A DNA stretch of 64,000 nucleotides from Eledone cirrhosa (Eukaryota), in the NCBI GenBank assembly GCA_964016885.1, contig OZ024742.1:307520001-307584000 (forward strand), given 5' to 3'. Below, one piece after another: positions 1 to 14,278 of this stretch. Every line of letters starts with the position of its first letter. Position 1 is the stretch's first letter. A model generated the notes under the pieces. That model did not search any database. It saw only the letters and a list, made by a program, of their open reading frames with translations, and was not told the DNA's origin. The position numbers and the translations under genes are program-made.

Positions 1-705
1 ATTTTGCACGGATGGTAACAAAAAAACAACATTAATAATGATTTATTGGTTTTTGAAAACTAACTGATAGTTTACTGGGTCTATATTGAACGATTTGGTC
101 AGTAGAGTCACTGACCCTGCTTCTCATTAGCAACATTATTTTAAATATGTTTATTCCTACAAGCACAGTATTGTGATTTTTTAAAAGAATAATTTAAAGA
201 TTCGTATGGAAATATGATTCACAGCTTGACTTAAGTTGCCTATTTTTAAATATCTAGAATATTATCAAATATGGAGCATATTATGGAGGTGATGTTAAAC
301 ATATTCACTCTCTAGATGTATTTAGATAAAGTAAGAGAGAGTTGAAATATATTTTATCACTGGCTCTTGAAGTGTAAGTATGTTGTGTGGCTTTTGGATG
401 TTTACAAATAGAACAGTAGTAGTCTTTTCAATACCATCTATACTAGCACGTTTGTGGGAGATTTGCTATTAAGGGAGCACGACATGAGGCTGTCGCATTT
501 TGTTTGAGGATTGATTCGGTATGTTCTTAGCTATATTATTTAAAATCTTTTAGCACATTTGCGCTGCGTGTTTTCCAAGCAAGCAAGTGTAGTTTTTTTG
601 GTAAACAAATGCCTGAAGATCTGATGTCAAACATCGTCTGCGATTACGCAATATTGTCAGAGTAGAAAACTTAAGATTGCGCAATAATATATATCTATGT
701 GTGTA

Positions 706-772
<67 letters not shown>

Positions 773-984
773 CTTATAGAACGAAACAGATTAAATCTCT
801 AATCTGTCCGAGAGATGGAATAGTTATTGAGACGGTCTGTATATATATTCTATATCTTACGTTTGCTTCAGGTTAAAATTATCAAACCAATGTGGTATTT
901 CAACCCTCGTAATTTTAGACACACAATTTACTGTTTATTTCTACATATATATATATGTGTGTGCGTTTGTGTGTGTGTGTGTGT

Positions 985-1029
<45 letters not shown>

Positions 1030-1033
<4 letters not shown>

Positions 1034-1145
1034 GTGGTAAGAGAATTGGATTAAAAATCGTGAGGTTGTGAGTTCGACACCTGGACCGAGCGATGCGTTA
1101 TGTCCTTGAGCAAGACACTTTATTTCACGCTGCTCCTTCTACCTG
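1030..1145 (+). mobile_element. tRNA-derived SINE, family A (5' part)
   Basis: A-box-like TAGTGGTAAG and B-box GAGTTCGACAC, followed by TGTCCTTGAGCAAGACACTTTATTTCAC. The same core recurs at ~2500, ~28090, ~53030 (minus) and ~54185. Confidence 0.7.
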
Positions 1146-1254
1146 GAGTTGCGACCGATAGAAAGTATTAGCGATTGCAAAGACCAACGAAACATTGTTT
1201 CCTCGGTCCGATTTGACGAAAGTCGATCGACTATATACATATATATATTTGTGT

Positions 1255-1804
1255 ATAGGAAAAAGTATGACCCCGACGACAGAGCTCAAGTCGTTTCGAC
1301 GGCTATTTCTATATATATGGACATCCTGCAGGACTAAAAACAAAACCTGTCAAAGGGTAAAGGAGCTCTTAAGAGTCAATGGCTATCCAAAATCACCGGG
1401 AGAGATGACCCCTTAGCCTTTGTCAAGGCAGAATTCTAGGGGAAGGAAAACTCTGTTATAACACTTGCAACCCTGATGGTATCCAATGATGTTGACTTGT
1501 TCTTCTTTTTGGTAAATATCATCTTGGTTAAGAGAGTGGGACTGGCTTTGTGCAGTGCCTTTGCTCACTATAAAAGCTTCACGGCACAGGCATTGCTTTA
1601 TATCTGGAGATCTCTCTGCACTTGTCGTCACATGGTACCATGGGCCCAGCACTATGTGTCAATAATTGCCACAAGTGTAGTGTTTGTACCAGAGATTTCA
1701 AGTAGCTGGCTGGACTAAAAAGTCACACTCGTTCAGCGCATCGGTAGGGGTTCTCCAACATGGATATAAAGTAGTGGCCGTACTCGAAAACGAGTTGGCA
1801 GCCA

Positions 1805-1805
<1 letters not shown>
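1255..1805 (-). mobile_element. Decayed PLE 3' end (GIY-YIG C-terminus plus HHR-like tail)
   Basis: Minus-strand translation ...CLCREAFIVSKG...SLNQDD resembles the REAxxI...LNxD end of PLE endonucleases. A degenerate HHR follows at 1275-1331, and the fragment is bounded by (TA)n. Confidence 0.5.
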
Positions 1806-1860
<55 letters not shown>

Positions 1861-2499
1861 GTACATATATATATATTTATATATATATATATATATATAT
1901 ACATACATATATATATATATACACATACATATATTTATATATATATGAGTATGTATGCGTGTATGTGTGTGAGTATGTGTATGTGTGTGTATACATATAT
2001 GGGCATGCGAGTATGAGTGTATGTATTTGCAGGTAGTTAGATAGCTATGCAATATACATGAAGTCATATTTTTGTCTTCTCTTAATAAACTAAGCATCTA
2101 CGCTATTGCGCCTAATCACAAAGACAAAAAATATGAAAATGGAAATTAAAGCAATATTTTCTTCCTGATAATTATATATTATTAAGTGTCCATTGTTTGT
2201 GTATTTCGAATGTTTAGTTATAAGACATAATGTCTGATCAATTAATTACTTGCTTTGTTAATGTTCTGTTTACAAACATCTCTGTGCGGAATAGGTTTAC
2301 CCGGTATAAATATAGCTTTACATATAATTATCTTTCATTCTCTTCCCAGGTATATACAAATTTCACATAGATAAGCATATACATATAATTTTATATATTA
2401 ATACTTTCATACACATACCTACACGCATATGTATATAGAGATACAGCCTATACATTGACACCCCTGCACACACACACACACACACACATGCATATATAT

Positions 2500-2635
2500 A
2501 TTAATGGTTAGAGCGTCGGGCTTACAATCGTGAGAATGTGAGTTCGATTCTCGAACTGGGCTTTGCGTTGTGTTCTTGAACAAAACACTTTATTTTACCT
2601 TGCTCCAGTTCACTCAGCTGTAGAAATGAGTTTAC
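2500..2635 (+). mobile_element. tRNA-derived SINE, family A (partial)
   Basis: TAATGGTTAGAGCG...GAGTTCGATTCTC...TTGAACAAAACACTTTATTT...CCAGTTCACTCAGCTG, similar to the 54185 copy. Confidence 0.7.
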
Positions 2636-3106
2636 CCTTCTATGGGTTAAATAACATCACCAACCCGCTATTGGCCGAGAGTGGTGAGTACAGCTACACC
2701 CCTGACATGACCAGAACCCAAAACAGAAAACGTTGGAGCTAAATCAGGGAGGGGTTCATATGGTAGGAGTGAAAAAAAGGCCCTGGATTAGATATATATA
2801 TATACAGAGATACATACATCAGTAGTAGCAATAATATAGTGTGGTTTATAATAGAGGTATATATTCAGGCACTATGTTTCACTATGTATGTTTTGATGAA
2901 AATGCCAAACAAGTGCTTTTGAATTTTTATCCACGTTGGTGGCATTCACTCAAAGTTTATATATTTTTATATGTGTCTGAAACATCGGCATAGACAGACC
3001 CAGTCCAACAACCACACGCCCAAGCACACATACACACAATAATATACTCACACACATACACACACTCTCTCACACACAAACACAGACACATACACATATA
3101 TATATA

Positions 3107-3150
<44 letters not shown>

Positions 3151-3910
3151 TGTGTTTTTTATGTATGTATAGTTTTTATATATACAAACATATATACTTA
3201 CCTACATACATATAAATGGGTTACTAAATGTTTTAAATCTTTTATGTTAATTACACTTTCTAACGTTGCCAATTGCCGTTGCCATGACCTGATGGTGGGA
3301 GCTGACCATAGAAATACGTATTGTGTATGTATCAACATTAAAGGAGTATACTGGAATCAGGCCTTCTTTTTCATTGAATATATATGCATATATATATATA
3401 TATATATACGGATCAACTCCATCACAAGGAAATTATCCGGCATGCCACTACACCCTCTACGGAACTACCTTAAGAACTTACCCACGGACATACATTCAAA
3501 AACATTTTTTTCCCACACGCCACCTACATCCACAATACTTATAAACACCACACACACGTGCGTACCACCACGCTCACAACACCGACCTACACCCAACCCC
3601 ACAGACACCTTTTCCTGAACATGCAACCCCATTCTTCCCCCAACTCTCACATTCACATACACACACACACACCACGTTCAGCCCTCCCCGCTCGGACACC
3701 CCGCCTCCCTCTCCTCACTCAACCCGCCACCACCCCTACACGCCCCACACCCTTCCACCACTTGTTTAACTTCATGTTTATTTTTATTTTTATTATGCTT
3801 TTATATTTATTTTCATTTGTACCGTTTCCTCTCACCCCTTTTTTCTAAATGTCTCTCCCCCACTCCCCTACACACCCTTGGAACTCTCTTCCTTCCCACA
3901 CACTTTTCGC

Positions 3911-3939
3911 CTGAAGAAGGGTTTATGCCCGAAACGTCG
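3911..3939 (+). ncRNA. Minimal hammerhead ribozyme core (PLE type), stem I degenerate
   Basis: CTGAAGA-A-GGG-TTTATG-CCC-GAAAC-GTC with palindromic ACGT stem III and AATAAA ~40 nt downstream. Flanks pair poorly. Confidence 0.55.
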
Positions 3940-4117
3940 TTCCCCACCACCACCCCACTCTCAAGAGCGTGAAACTAATAAACCTTTGTTCGTACTGCCT
4001 CTCTCTTTTGTTCCCGTTCAATTTTTCACTATATATATATATGCATATATATTAAATGAAAAAGAAGGCCTGATTCCAGTATACTCCTTTAATGTTGATA
4101 CATACACAATGCGTATT

Positions 4118-4994
<877 letters not shown>

Positions 4995-6445
4995 AGTGTA
5001 CATCAAATTTACTGCTCGGCTAAGACCAAATATACGCACAATCAATTTAGGAGGTTTCAGTTTCTATTGGCTGAATGATGGGGATGATACTATATGTAAT
5101 GGGGTATCTGACCTATTTACATGTCGGTTTCTAAATTCTGTCTAGGTGTATGGCTTTGAACAGTGTTTTACTTCATTCTAAACATATTTTAATATATTCT
5201 ACAATGGTTTTAGATCAACCAACCCACACGTTCATTCGTCACACATCAGAACAAACAAGCTTGCATTTCTTAAAATATATGAATTGGAGAAAGAAACTCT
5301 ACACAATATGTGGATGGACTTTAAAGTAAAGAATTTCTGCTAAGATCTCCGAAAAATAGACATTTACTTCCAACAGAAAAAGAAATATCAGAAGGGATAA
5401 AGATCTTCGGTTCACGGGTTTCAGTGATCCGAAAGTATGTAATGCATGGCAGGCGGACAAAAATGTGGGATTTTCTGACTCCATTTAACTAATAGGTCCT
5501 CACGTGTGTGTATGAGTAACCTGCAATGGTCTTGTTTTAGATATTCTGTGATTTATAATAATTTTATTCATGTTTCATGAAATCATCAATCATCAAATTC
5601 ATGTTTTATCAAATTAATCTGTCCATTGTACAACATCCCTGCCCCAAACTTTATTTTTATATAACTTTGTCCCCTTCCACATTTATTGTAATCACTATAT
5701 TTGTGATGTTTACTGTATTTCTATGGGCAAACTTTTGTGGTCAATAAAAATATTATCAGCATGATTGTTATTATTACCATTAGTCCAATAAAGAATTAAA
5801 AATTATTAATAGTAGTAAAATATTTGTAGTAGTAATAGCAACAGCAGCAGCAGTAGTAGTAGTAGTAGTATTAGTAGCAGCAGCAGCAGCAACAACAAGA
5901 GTAATGTGACAGATATGTAGTGTCTCCTCATCTAATGCATTGCATTCTTTTCAACCCGCAAGCTTAACTTTCAAAACGTAAATTTTATGGCTATGTTTTT
6001 CAACTAAGATGTCTTTTGAACGTTGTCAAGACAATTCTTCTGAGGAATTCGTTGAATATCGATTATTATTTAAACTATTTTATTATTTCCGTTTGTTTTA
6101 GAGAATGTCGGCACGTTCTTGGTATTTTCTCGGCAGCTGCAAATGATTTAGTTAAAATATTGCCTAGTGACGTTATATCCAACGACATTTCCATTTAAGC
6201 TTATCTGTTCGTTTTATACAAGCATTCGTGGAAGACTCAAATAACATACCACGCCTCAAATAACACATTGCTGTTTGACCTACTGGCTTTTATATCTGTA
6301 TATTTTTTCACCAGATCTCTGAAACCGGAAATGTATTTCCTGCAAAACTAGCATTACTCACTGAACCATAACTAACTTTTAATGTGTACAATAGAATGGA
6401 ATCAACGTTACTTTTAATAAAAGCTATAATTTTGAAAGTTTATGT

Positions 6446-6774
6446 CAGAGATTCTCAAAGTGGGCGCTACCCCCCTCCCCCGGGGGTCGTTGGGGCCCAA
6501 GGGGGTGGTAGAGAAGATATAATATTATATTAATTATCAAATGATACATATATATAATAGTAAAATAACAAATTATATATAGTAAAATATCAAACATACA
6601 ATATTTATACATAGTATATATTATGTTATTTATTATATATAAATTAACGATTTTATTTATTATATATTTTTTACAATATGTGTGTAGGTAGGTCTCTCTG
6701 GAAATATGGGTGGGGTGCTGAGGGTATTACGTGGCCGTGGCGGGTAGGTGGCCCAAAATGTTTGAGAACTTCTG
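6446..6774. mobile_element. hAT-type MITE
   Basis: Imperfect TIRs CAGAGATTCTCAAA / TTTGAGAACTTCTG; 8-bp TSD GTTTATGT / GTTTATAT with central TA. Confidence 0.8.
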
Positions 6775-6993
6775 GTTTATATTAACATTAATGCTGAATC
6801 TTATATTTTACGGTCGTTAAATGAAGTTCATTTCGCAATGATGTGGCTCCGAGTTCGATCACACAGCCAACACCGTGGACACGTGTTTGCTACTCTAGCT
6901 ATCTGTTATTCTAAGCCCTGTGATGGACATTAAACAGCCGGAGTTTGTTCTTATTCTTGGTGATGTATGAAATCCGTAGAGGATACACTAGAC

Positions 6994-9900
6994 CAGTGGT
7001 CGCCAACCTTTCTAAAACCGAGGAACCCTCTAAATATTTTGAATTCTTCACGGAACCTATACAATACAAAACTTTTCAAAAAAAAAAAATAAAGTATTTA
7101 TTTATTTTAGTGTTTCATGCGTTTGTATGTAATCGAACACAATTAACTAGTGGCTTTTCTGCTGCTGTGCCTCATCAGTGAGTTTAGAAAATCGAGGTTC
7201 AACACCAGTTAATGTCAATTGCTGACAGTTTATTCCCCTTCTTTGTGCAGATTTCCACCAACTGCGAAAACCCTTTTTCGCACAAGTAGCTAGATGGGAA
7301 TAAAATCAAATACTTCAATGCAAGTTGGCTGATTTCATTAAACTCCCCAATCAAGAATAAGTCGATCCATAGGTCTTTCTTTCTGCTTTCGAATATCACT
7401 TTCAGGTCTTCGTTTGAATTCAAATCCATCAACTGATGTAAGCATTGTGCAGATAGTAAATTTTTACAATTTCCAGCGTCATTTTCTGACACTAACTGCT
7501 CGATCTCGGTGAACGGATTTTTTATCCATAAATTTCCGCTAACAATATCTTTTTCCATCAAGTTAAAATAATCTGAAAAACTTGTGGAAAGCACATTTAA
7601 ATGAGAAAGAATAATCTTCTTTAGCTTGCTGGAGTCAAAATTTTCTCTCTTTTTAAGCTCTATTTCAAGGTTTGAAAGTAATGAGTAATTGTCCGATTCA
7701 ATTCTTTTTATAAAGATGTTTAATTTTGATTGAAAATATGTAATAAAATTGATTGAAGTAAAAATATCTGCATTATTAACCTGAAGACACTTATTTAGTT
7801 TGTTCAGTTCACCAAAAATGTCTACTAAATAAGGGAGTTGCACATTCCATTCATTGGTTTCTAATACACTTGCTCTTTCATTCTGTTTCTTTAGAAAAAC
7901 TATTATTTCTTCTCTCAGTTCAAAAACTCTCTTCATAGCATCCCCAAAAGACAGCCAACGCACATCATTGTTCAATAACAATCTATTATAATTACTTCCA
8001 GAAGATTCACAAATAGATTCAAACATTCTAGAATTTTTTGCTCTTGCATGGATCAAATTGATAATTTTGACAATGTCTTTCAGCTGGTCATTTAATATTT
8101 GAACGTCTCTGTCTTTGAATTTTTTTTAACACAAAACCTCTCGATGAATCATACAATGATTTGAAATACAATTTGGGTCAGTTCGTTAATTTTTGCAATC
8201 AAACCAGAATTTTTACCAGTCATTGCAGCTGCTCCATCTGTTATTATTGAAGTCAACTTGCTCCAAGATACACCATTTTTTAAAAAATACTCTTCAATTT
8301 TATTGAATATATCTTGACCTTTAGTTGTGATGTCTAATGCCAGACAAAACAAATACTCTTCTACTAATTCTTTCTTATCAAGGTCTACAAACCGTACATA
8401 GCAAATTAATTGAGCCTTGTTATTAATATCCGTAGTTTCGTCCACTTGCAGACCAAAACATGGGCTTTTCTTTAGTGCCGTTTGTATCTGATTTTCTATA
8501 TCAGAAGAAATATCAATTATCCTTCTTTTTACGGTATTTGCTGACAATGGTAACTGGCTTAACTTTTCTTTGTCCTTAATACTGCAGCTTTCAAAAAGAT
8601 TCTCTGTAGCAATTTTTATACTTGGCAGAATTAACTGTTCTCCTAATGTAAATGGTTTCTTGTTTTTACCAATCAAATGTGAAATCTCAAAAGATGTTCT
8701 TGTTAAAGCTTTATTTCTATCTGACTTTTTACAAAACAAGTCATACATATTAGCTTGTGATTTTTTGATATTGTTTTTCAGCGAAGTAAAATATTCCAGT
8801 GACTTGTTTTTATCATTGGTGTGATTAGTATCAAGGTGTCTTTTAAGTTTTGCAGGATTTAAACAGCTATTTGATAGAACTTTTGAACATAGCAAACACA
8901 TGGGCTGATCTGGTGTATCTTTTTTAGTGTCAGCTTTTTGAAATCCATATCCAACATAATCATCACACCACTGTCTAACCTTACTGCTGGTATCTAACTT
9001 CAGCTTCTTTGCAGTGGACATCATATCAATGTTATTTATCTACAGTTAAAATTTTTAATATGACATTAATAAACAAGAGAAATTAACAGTTTTTTTTATT
9101 ACAAAAAGTACTTAAATTAACTTTAATTTTAGATATTTGGAAAAACTTAACTAGTTAAAAAAAAACTTTCATTTTTAAAAATTGAAATTTCTTCATTTTA
9201 GGATGGCAAACATATTTAAAGTCTTATAATAATATTAAAATATTAGGGGTTACTGAAAAAGGTACACATTTATAAACAACTAGAAGAAATATTTTTCAGA
9301 GTCCAGCACTTCCTGCATATACTACTTTAGGGTCGTATTAAATATTATTGGTAATGTAAATATATTTAAATATCCGCCATACTAAAAGGTGCAAAAAATG
9401 CAAATCAGCTGATAGTGTAGAAGATGTGACGATGGTATTGGAAATTAATTCAGATATCTTCTATCTATTTTGACTCAAAGTTAGATATCATATAAGAAGG
9501 CTTTAGGCTGCGTTAACATATATTAGATTGGAACAAATAAAGTTTAGTCAAATGTTTGTGGACATATATATTTATTGTATAAAGTAATTTCTCAATTGTG
9601 AATGCAGATGTCATCAAATAAATACATAATTGTGTGTCAAAGTTTATAGTGTATGCATGGAATACAAAATTACCTTTGTTAGTAGTCGAAAATTTACAGG
9701 CGTTATATTTTCTGTGCAAAGTACAACAGAATGTAACGTGTTCTTAGTTAGAATTGTCTGTGGAACTGGATGCATGTTGAAAACGACTAGTAAGCGAGTT
9801 CACTCTGTAAGGAAACTTTAGGCGACTTTAAAGCTTTTGTGAGGACAGCAGATTAAAACGTGTTCTCTATTGAAAACATTCTACTGAATTTACGTTGTGA

Positions 9901-10348
9901 GAACAGTGAACTGACCCTGTCTCTCGGCTGAGAGACCTCGCTGAACTGAAGTTTTCAGTTTAAAGTTATGCTGTCATCGACCAACATTTACTTGTTCGTG
10001 TTTGGTCAATTTCTAAGTTCAATTAGTGTATTATCAGTAGTATTCAAATTCTTTCCAAGAATTGATGTGAAATTGAAAGTATTCAATTTCCACGAATCTC
10101 AGAATAGTGCTTTTCTGCTAATTCAAGTGAGAAACTGAAACTAGTGTTTTCCACGAATTGGAGTGGAGAATCTGTGTACACTACAATAGTACTCGTTAAT
10201 TTATACATTGCACCTTTGGCATTTTCTTTGCACCTTTTTCAGAAAACCTAAAATATTAATGGTAATGTAAATATTTATTTTTTTAAGGAACCCGGAGTTT
10301 GTTTTACAGAACCCCAATGTTCCGTTGAACCCATGTTGGCGACCACTG
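6994..10348 (-). mobile_element. Full-length hAT DNA transposon (Buster/Charlie group)
   Basis: Perfect 14-bp TIRs CAGTGGTCGCCAAC (6994-7007) / GTTGGCGACCACTG (10335-10348); perfect 8-bp TSD CACTAGAC (6986-6993, 10349-10356); internal transposase. Confidence 0.95.
7199..9024 (-). pseudogene. Frameshifted hAT transposase (ZBED5/SCAND3/Buster-like)
   Basis: ORF 8149-9024: BED finger CLLC..LKRHLDTNH, LQVDETTD, ITDGAAAM. ORF 7199-8056: VRWLS, SSYLCEKGFS. Reading frame is broken around 8060-8190 and near 7220. Confidence 0.92.
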
Positions 10349-10409
10349 CACTAGACAATGTGGTTATACATATTGTTAATGTTAGTATCGTTAGCCTGTT
10401 GGACATAAT

Positions 10410-10586
10410 CATACCTTCCAACCTCTAAAACCCCAAATAGGGAGTACCCTGAAAAGAGAAATGAGACAAAATGGGGATATTCTACTTAAAGAAAACTATT
10501 CCCATTTTCACAAGAGAAGACATCTCTCACCCACCCCAAAGTAGGCGGGAGATCTCCCCGTCCGACGGGGAGAGTTGACATGTCTG
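10410..10586. mobile_element. MITE with CAGACCTG-type TIRs, diverged copy
   Basis: CATACCTTCCAAC...AGTTGACATGTCTG; reverse-complement homolog of 49182-49376. Confidence 0.6.
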
Positions 10587-10908
10587 CAAAATGCTTTGTA
10601 GCATTTAGTTAGTGCTCTTTAAGTTCTCTATACAAATGCCGCAAAGATCAACTTTTCCTTTCGCCCTTCCGGAAACGATAAAACAAAGTACCAGTGAAGT
10701 CCTCGAACAATTTAATCAACCCCCTCCCCCGACGTTGCTGCCCTTATGCATAAATTAGAAAGAATTGAACTAAATCCCGGATGCAGTTAAACAACAACAT
10801 TCACACGGAGAAATCAATGATGGAGCCTCTACGTGGTCACTTGGCCTGCTAGAAATAGGTGCACTATCGTTTTCACATTACTCGCTATCGTCTTAAATTA
10901 AGAATAAT

Positions 10909-11092
10909 TGTTTCTACTTTTGGCACAAGGCCAGCAATTACCCAGTGCATTACTGGTACTTTATTTTATCGACCCCGTAAGGATGAAAGGCAAAGTCAAC
11001 CTCGGCGGGATTTGAACTCAGATCGTAAAGGGACGTAACTATGCTGGAAAGCATGGCGTCCGACCCTCTACTGATACTGCCAATCCACCGCC
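10909..11092 (-). mobile_element. tRNA-derived SINE, family B, full length
   Basis: Reverse complement reads GGCGGTGGATTGGCAG...GAGTTCAAATCCCGCCGAGG...GTCGATAAAATAAAGTACCAG...AGAAACA; 16-bp TSD TTAAATTAAGAATAAT at 10893-10908 and 11093-11108. Confidence 0.9.
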
Positions 11093-11424
11093 TTAAATTA
11101 AGAATAATGTAGTTCAAAATACATTTTATCTCAATAAAAGTTGGAAATTGTAGGGTGTAAATACTGTCCACCAACATCAATAATAAAAATAGCAACAGCA
11201 ACAATCACACAGAGATAGAAGTGGAAAGACTGCTCACCATACTTGAAACACTGTATGCAGAAGTGTACAATACTCATATAATAGAGAGATATGGTATGTT
11301 GGAACATTGTGTTTGTATGTGTGTATGTGTGTGTGTGTGACTATGAATCTGTCTGTGTGTGTGTGTGAGTGCATCCCATTTAGTCATTAGAACGACTATC
11401 TGCAGGTTTTAGTTCTACTTCACC

Positions 11425-11673
11425 AACTGACTTATGGCCTCAGCCACCAATACCACAACTGACACCACCATCGCCAACAACACAACCACCACCATCGTTA
11501 TCACCACCGCTCTCATCACCAGGACCACATGTCATTGAAAGGGTGAGCATTCAACAACTGACTTATGACCTCAGCCACCAATACCATAACTGACGCTGCC
11601 GTCGCCAACAACACCACACCCATCATCGTCAACACCCCCACACCACCAACACCACATTCCATTGAAAGGGTGA
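11425..11673. repeat. Two imperfect ~130-bp tandem units, CAC-rich
   Basis: CAACTGACTTATG(G/A)CCTCAGCCACCAATACCA...CATTGAAAGGGTGA occurs twice. Confidence 0.7.
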
Positions 11674-12164
11674 ACATTTCACTTGTCACAATTCCATAAT
11701 GGAAACAAGATTTACGTGTTCATATTGTAACTATTTATTCTGTTTATACTGGCTAGTGTAGCTTTCAGCGCAGCTATTGATGGTTTTATAACACTTCTCT
11801 TCTTATCATATGAACAATGCATATAACAACTGAATAAATGAAGGTGTGAATAATTATCCAACTTTAGTTTCGGGCGACAATCAAATCACGGTGAATAATT
11901 ACATTAGTGTGCTTATGGATATTTTTGCTTTTATAAAGATTTGTTGCTTCTCGTTTCCACATCTCCGAATAATCAGCTTCTAATTTGTGTAATAAATATC
12001 TGTAGCAATGAGGGTTTAAAATAAGATTAGGGATTTCAGTTTTAAGTAAGCTTGAATGCCCTTCACTTCCAGCTGTATACCCATGCTAGTGTATTACAAC
12101 GTGTTCCTAAGCCCGTAGAATAAATAGTCAATTAAATGATTAGGGCACTATTAAGGTACAAGAG

Positions 12165-12385
12165 CAGTGGGTTGGCAGAATCAGTAGAACGTCGGACAAC
12201 ATGCTTAGCGATATAGAGTTATGACCCTTTACGTTCTGAGTTAGCTTTATTATCCCACCGAGGTTGGCTTTGCCATTCATCTTTAAGGAGTCGATAAAAT
12301 AAAGTACCAGTAACGCACTGGGTCGACTAAATCGACTTCCCTTCTCTCCAAATTGCTGGCCTTGTGCCTATAGTAGAAATCACTA
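12165..12385 (+). mobile_element. SINE family B-related, diverged
   Basis: TTGGCAGAATC...TTCTGAGTT...GTCGATAAAATAAAGTACCAG...TGCTGGCCTTGTGCC. Confidence 0.65.
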
Positions 12386-12842
12386 TTAACGCACAAGTTT
12401 GGACAAAGATTCAGTAGGAAATTACTGATACGGTTTTTTTGTCGTAGCATTATTATGAACATGGAGATTTTAAGAAGGTTCGGGGCTATATCGAGCTTGC
12501 AGTTAAGTAATGAATGGCTAAGACTCAGGAACGATAGAAGATAGTTTGATAGATCATCCATAGAAATGTTAATGCTAGCTATGTTGGTGATGTTTACGTT
12601 ACGGATTCTATGTCTTTAGAAGCAGGTGGCGATACACGTGTTTGTAGGAATTATTCTAAGGCGTACGTAGTTTTGGTTTTCTTTCGTATGGTTGGCATGT
12701 TTGTTTAACAGGTTTTCCTTGAACTTTAAGTGAACCATGGACGCTTTCATCCAAACAACAAAATCACCCTGAGGGCACTTACGCTCGCGTACTTCAACGC
12801 ATTCAGAACATAAGCTGGCGACATCTGACTTCGAGAGAGAGA

Positions 12843-13693
12843 TATTCGAGGAAATGTGGAAATACACATATCGAATAAAAGTGCTCAATAGACATGTTAA
12901 AATAAAACAGGAGCTATTCATCACTCAATAGAATCGACAAAAAATGAACAATAAAATTAACTGGTGGATAGCTATGTCCAGAGCTAAAAATATTAGAATG
13001 ATCGAGTATCGAAAAATCGGCGCACGAGTTCACGATAAACAAAATTCGAAATGAGCGGCAGAGGGCTCAATAATTCAGATAAATCAGAGCTATAACTATC
13101 GTTAAAATACCGTCACAAATAGAACAAGTCTAAAATCAACCGCACGATAAAAAAATCGATAACAGAAGATTCGGAACACTCAGATAAAAAATATCAATAA
13201 ATTAATAATTTAAATGAATGTAAAATCATACCCGGACCCACTAGAAAGGTGTTAAATCTAGCTTCTTGGGTTTCTGTAAATCCTTAAACTGTACTCTATC
13301 AGCTCACATATAAATATATAAGACTTCTAGAATTCAGCGGACTGGAAATTTACTTCTTCAACGAGCTTCGTCCGAACGGATAAGATGGCTAAACCCAGGC
13401 AAAATACGCACATGGAATTCGGCAAGGGAGATAACCTCTACATCCGCGAAAACTATTCGAGGAAATGTGGAAATACACACATCGAATAAAAGTGCTCAAT
13501 AGACATGTTAAAATAAAACAGGAGCTATTCATCACTCAATAGAATCGACAAAAAATGAACAATAAAATTAAATGGTGGATAGCTATGTCCAGAGCTAAAA
13601 ATATTAGAATGATCGAGTATCGAAAAATTGGCGCACGAGTTCACGATAAACAAAATTCGAAATGAGCGGCAGAGGGCTCAATAATTCAGATAA
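12843..13693. repeat. ~240-bp near-identical direct repeats (12843-13082, 13454-13693) with ~370-bp spacer
   Basis: TATTCGAGGAAATGTGGAAATACAC...GGGCTCAATAATTCAGATAA occurs twice with ~3 mismatches. Confidence 0.9.
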
Positions 13694-13742
13694 TAAACTG
13701 TTGAGTGCTACTTATCCGATATATGCATAGTTTTATTGTCCT

Positions 13743-13779
<37 letters not shown>

Positions 13780-14081
13780 GAAATGTCAAAATGACTTCCG
13801 AGAGTGCTTTGTTTAAAGTATATGCATTATACATACAAATAGAGTGTAGCTATACAACTCTCCGCACAATTTAGGGGTGTGTTCATTGATTGGAAAACAA
13901 ATAAGAAGGAGAAATCTCATAGCCCAGGCTGATTCAAGTCAATATATATAATGTATATATATATATATATATACATACTCTCTCTCTCTCTTTCTCTCAA
14001 TACACACACAGTCATACACACACACATATATATATAGTCACGAAACATAAGTCAATTGCATGAACTCATAATCCTTTATTT

Positions 14082-14137
14082 ACTGCTATATATATTTCGA
14101 TGATAGCCATTGAATGGCTATGACCTCATCAGGCAGT
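14082..14137 (-). ncRNA. Type I hammerhead ribozyme
   Basis: Reverse complement: ACTGC-CTGATGA-GGTCATAGCCA-TTCAA-TGGCTATCATC-GAAA-TATATA-TA-GCAGT. Perfect 5-bp stem I, long stem II, palindromic stem III, then AAATAAA. Confidence 0.85.
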
Positions 14138-14210
14138 TAGTCAGTTCTTAGATATGCCAGCTCTGTGTTTATGGTGTTGATGGTATCAGTGCCTTGGGAC
14201 ATATGTATAT

Positions 14211-14275
<65 letters not shown>

Positions 14276-14278
<3 letters not shown>

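Noticed and set aside
5140-5495. Complex sequence that looks exon-like
   Set aside because: All frames hit stops within ~60 codons, and no recognisable domain or splice pair was found.
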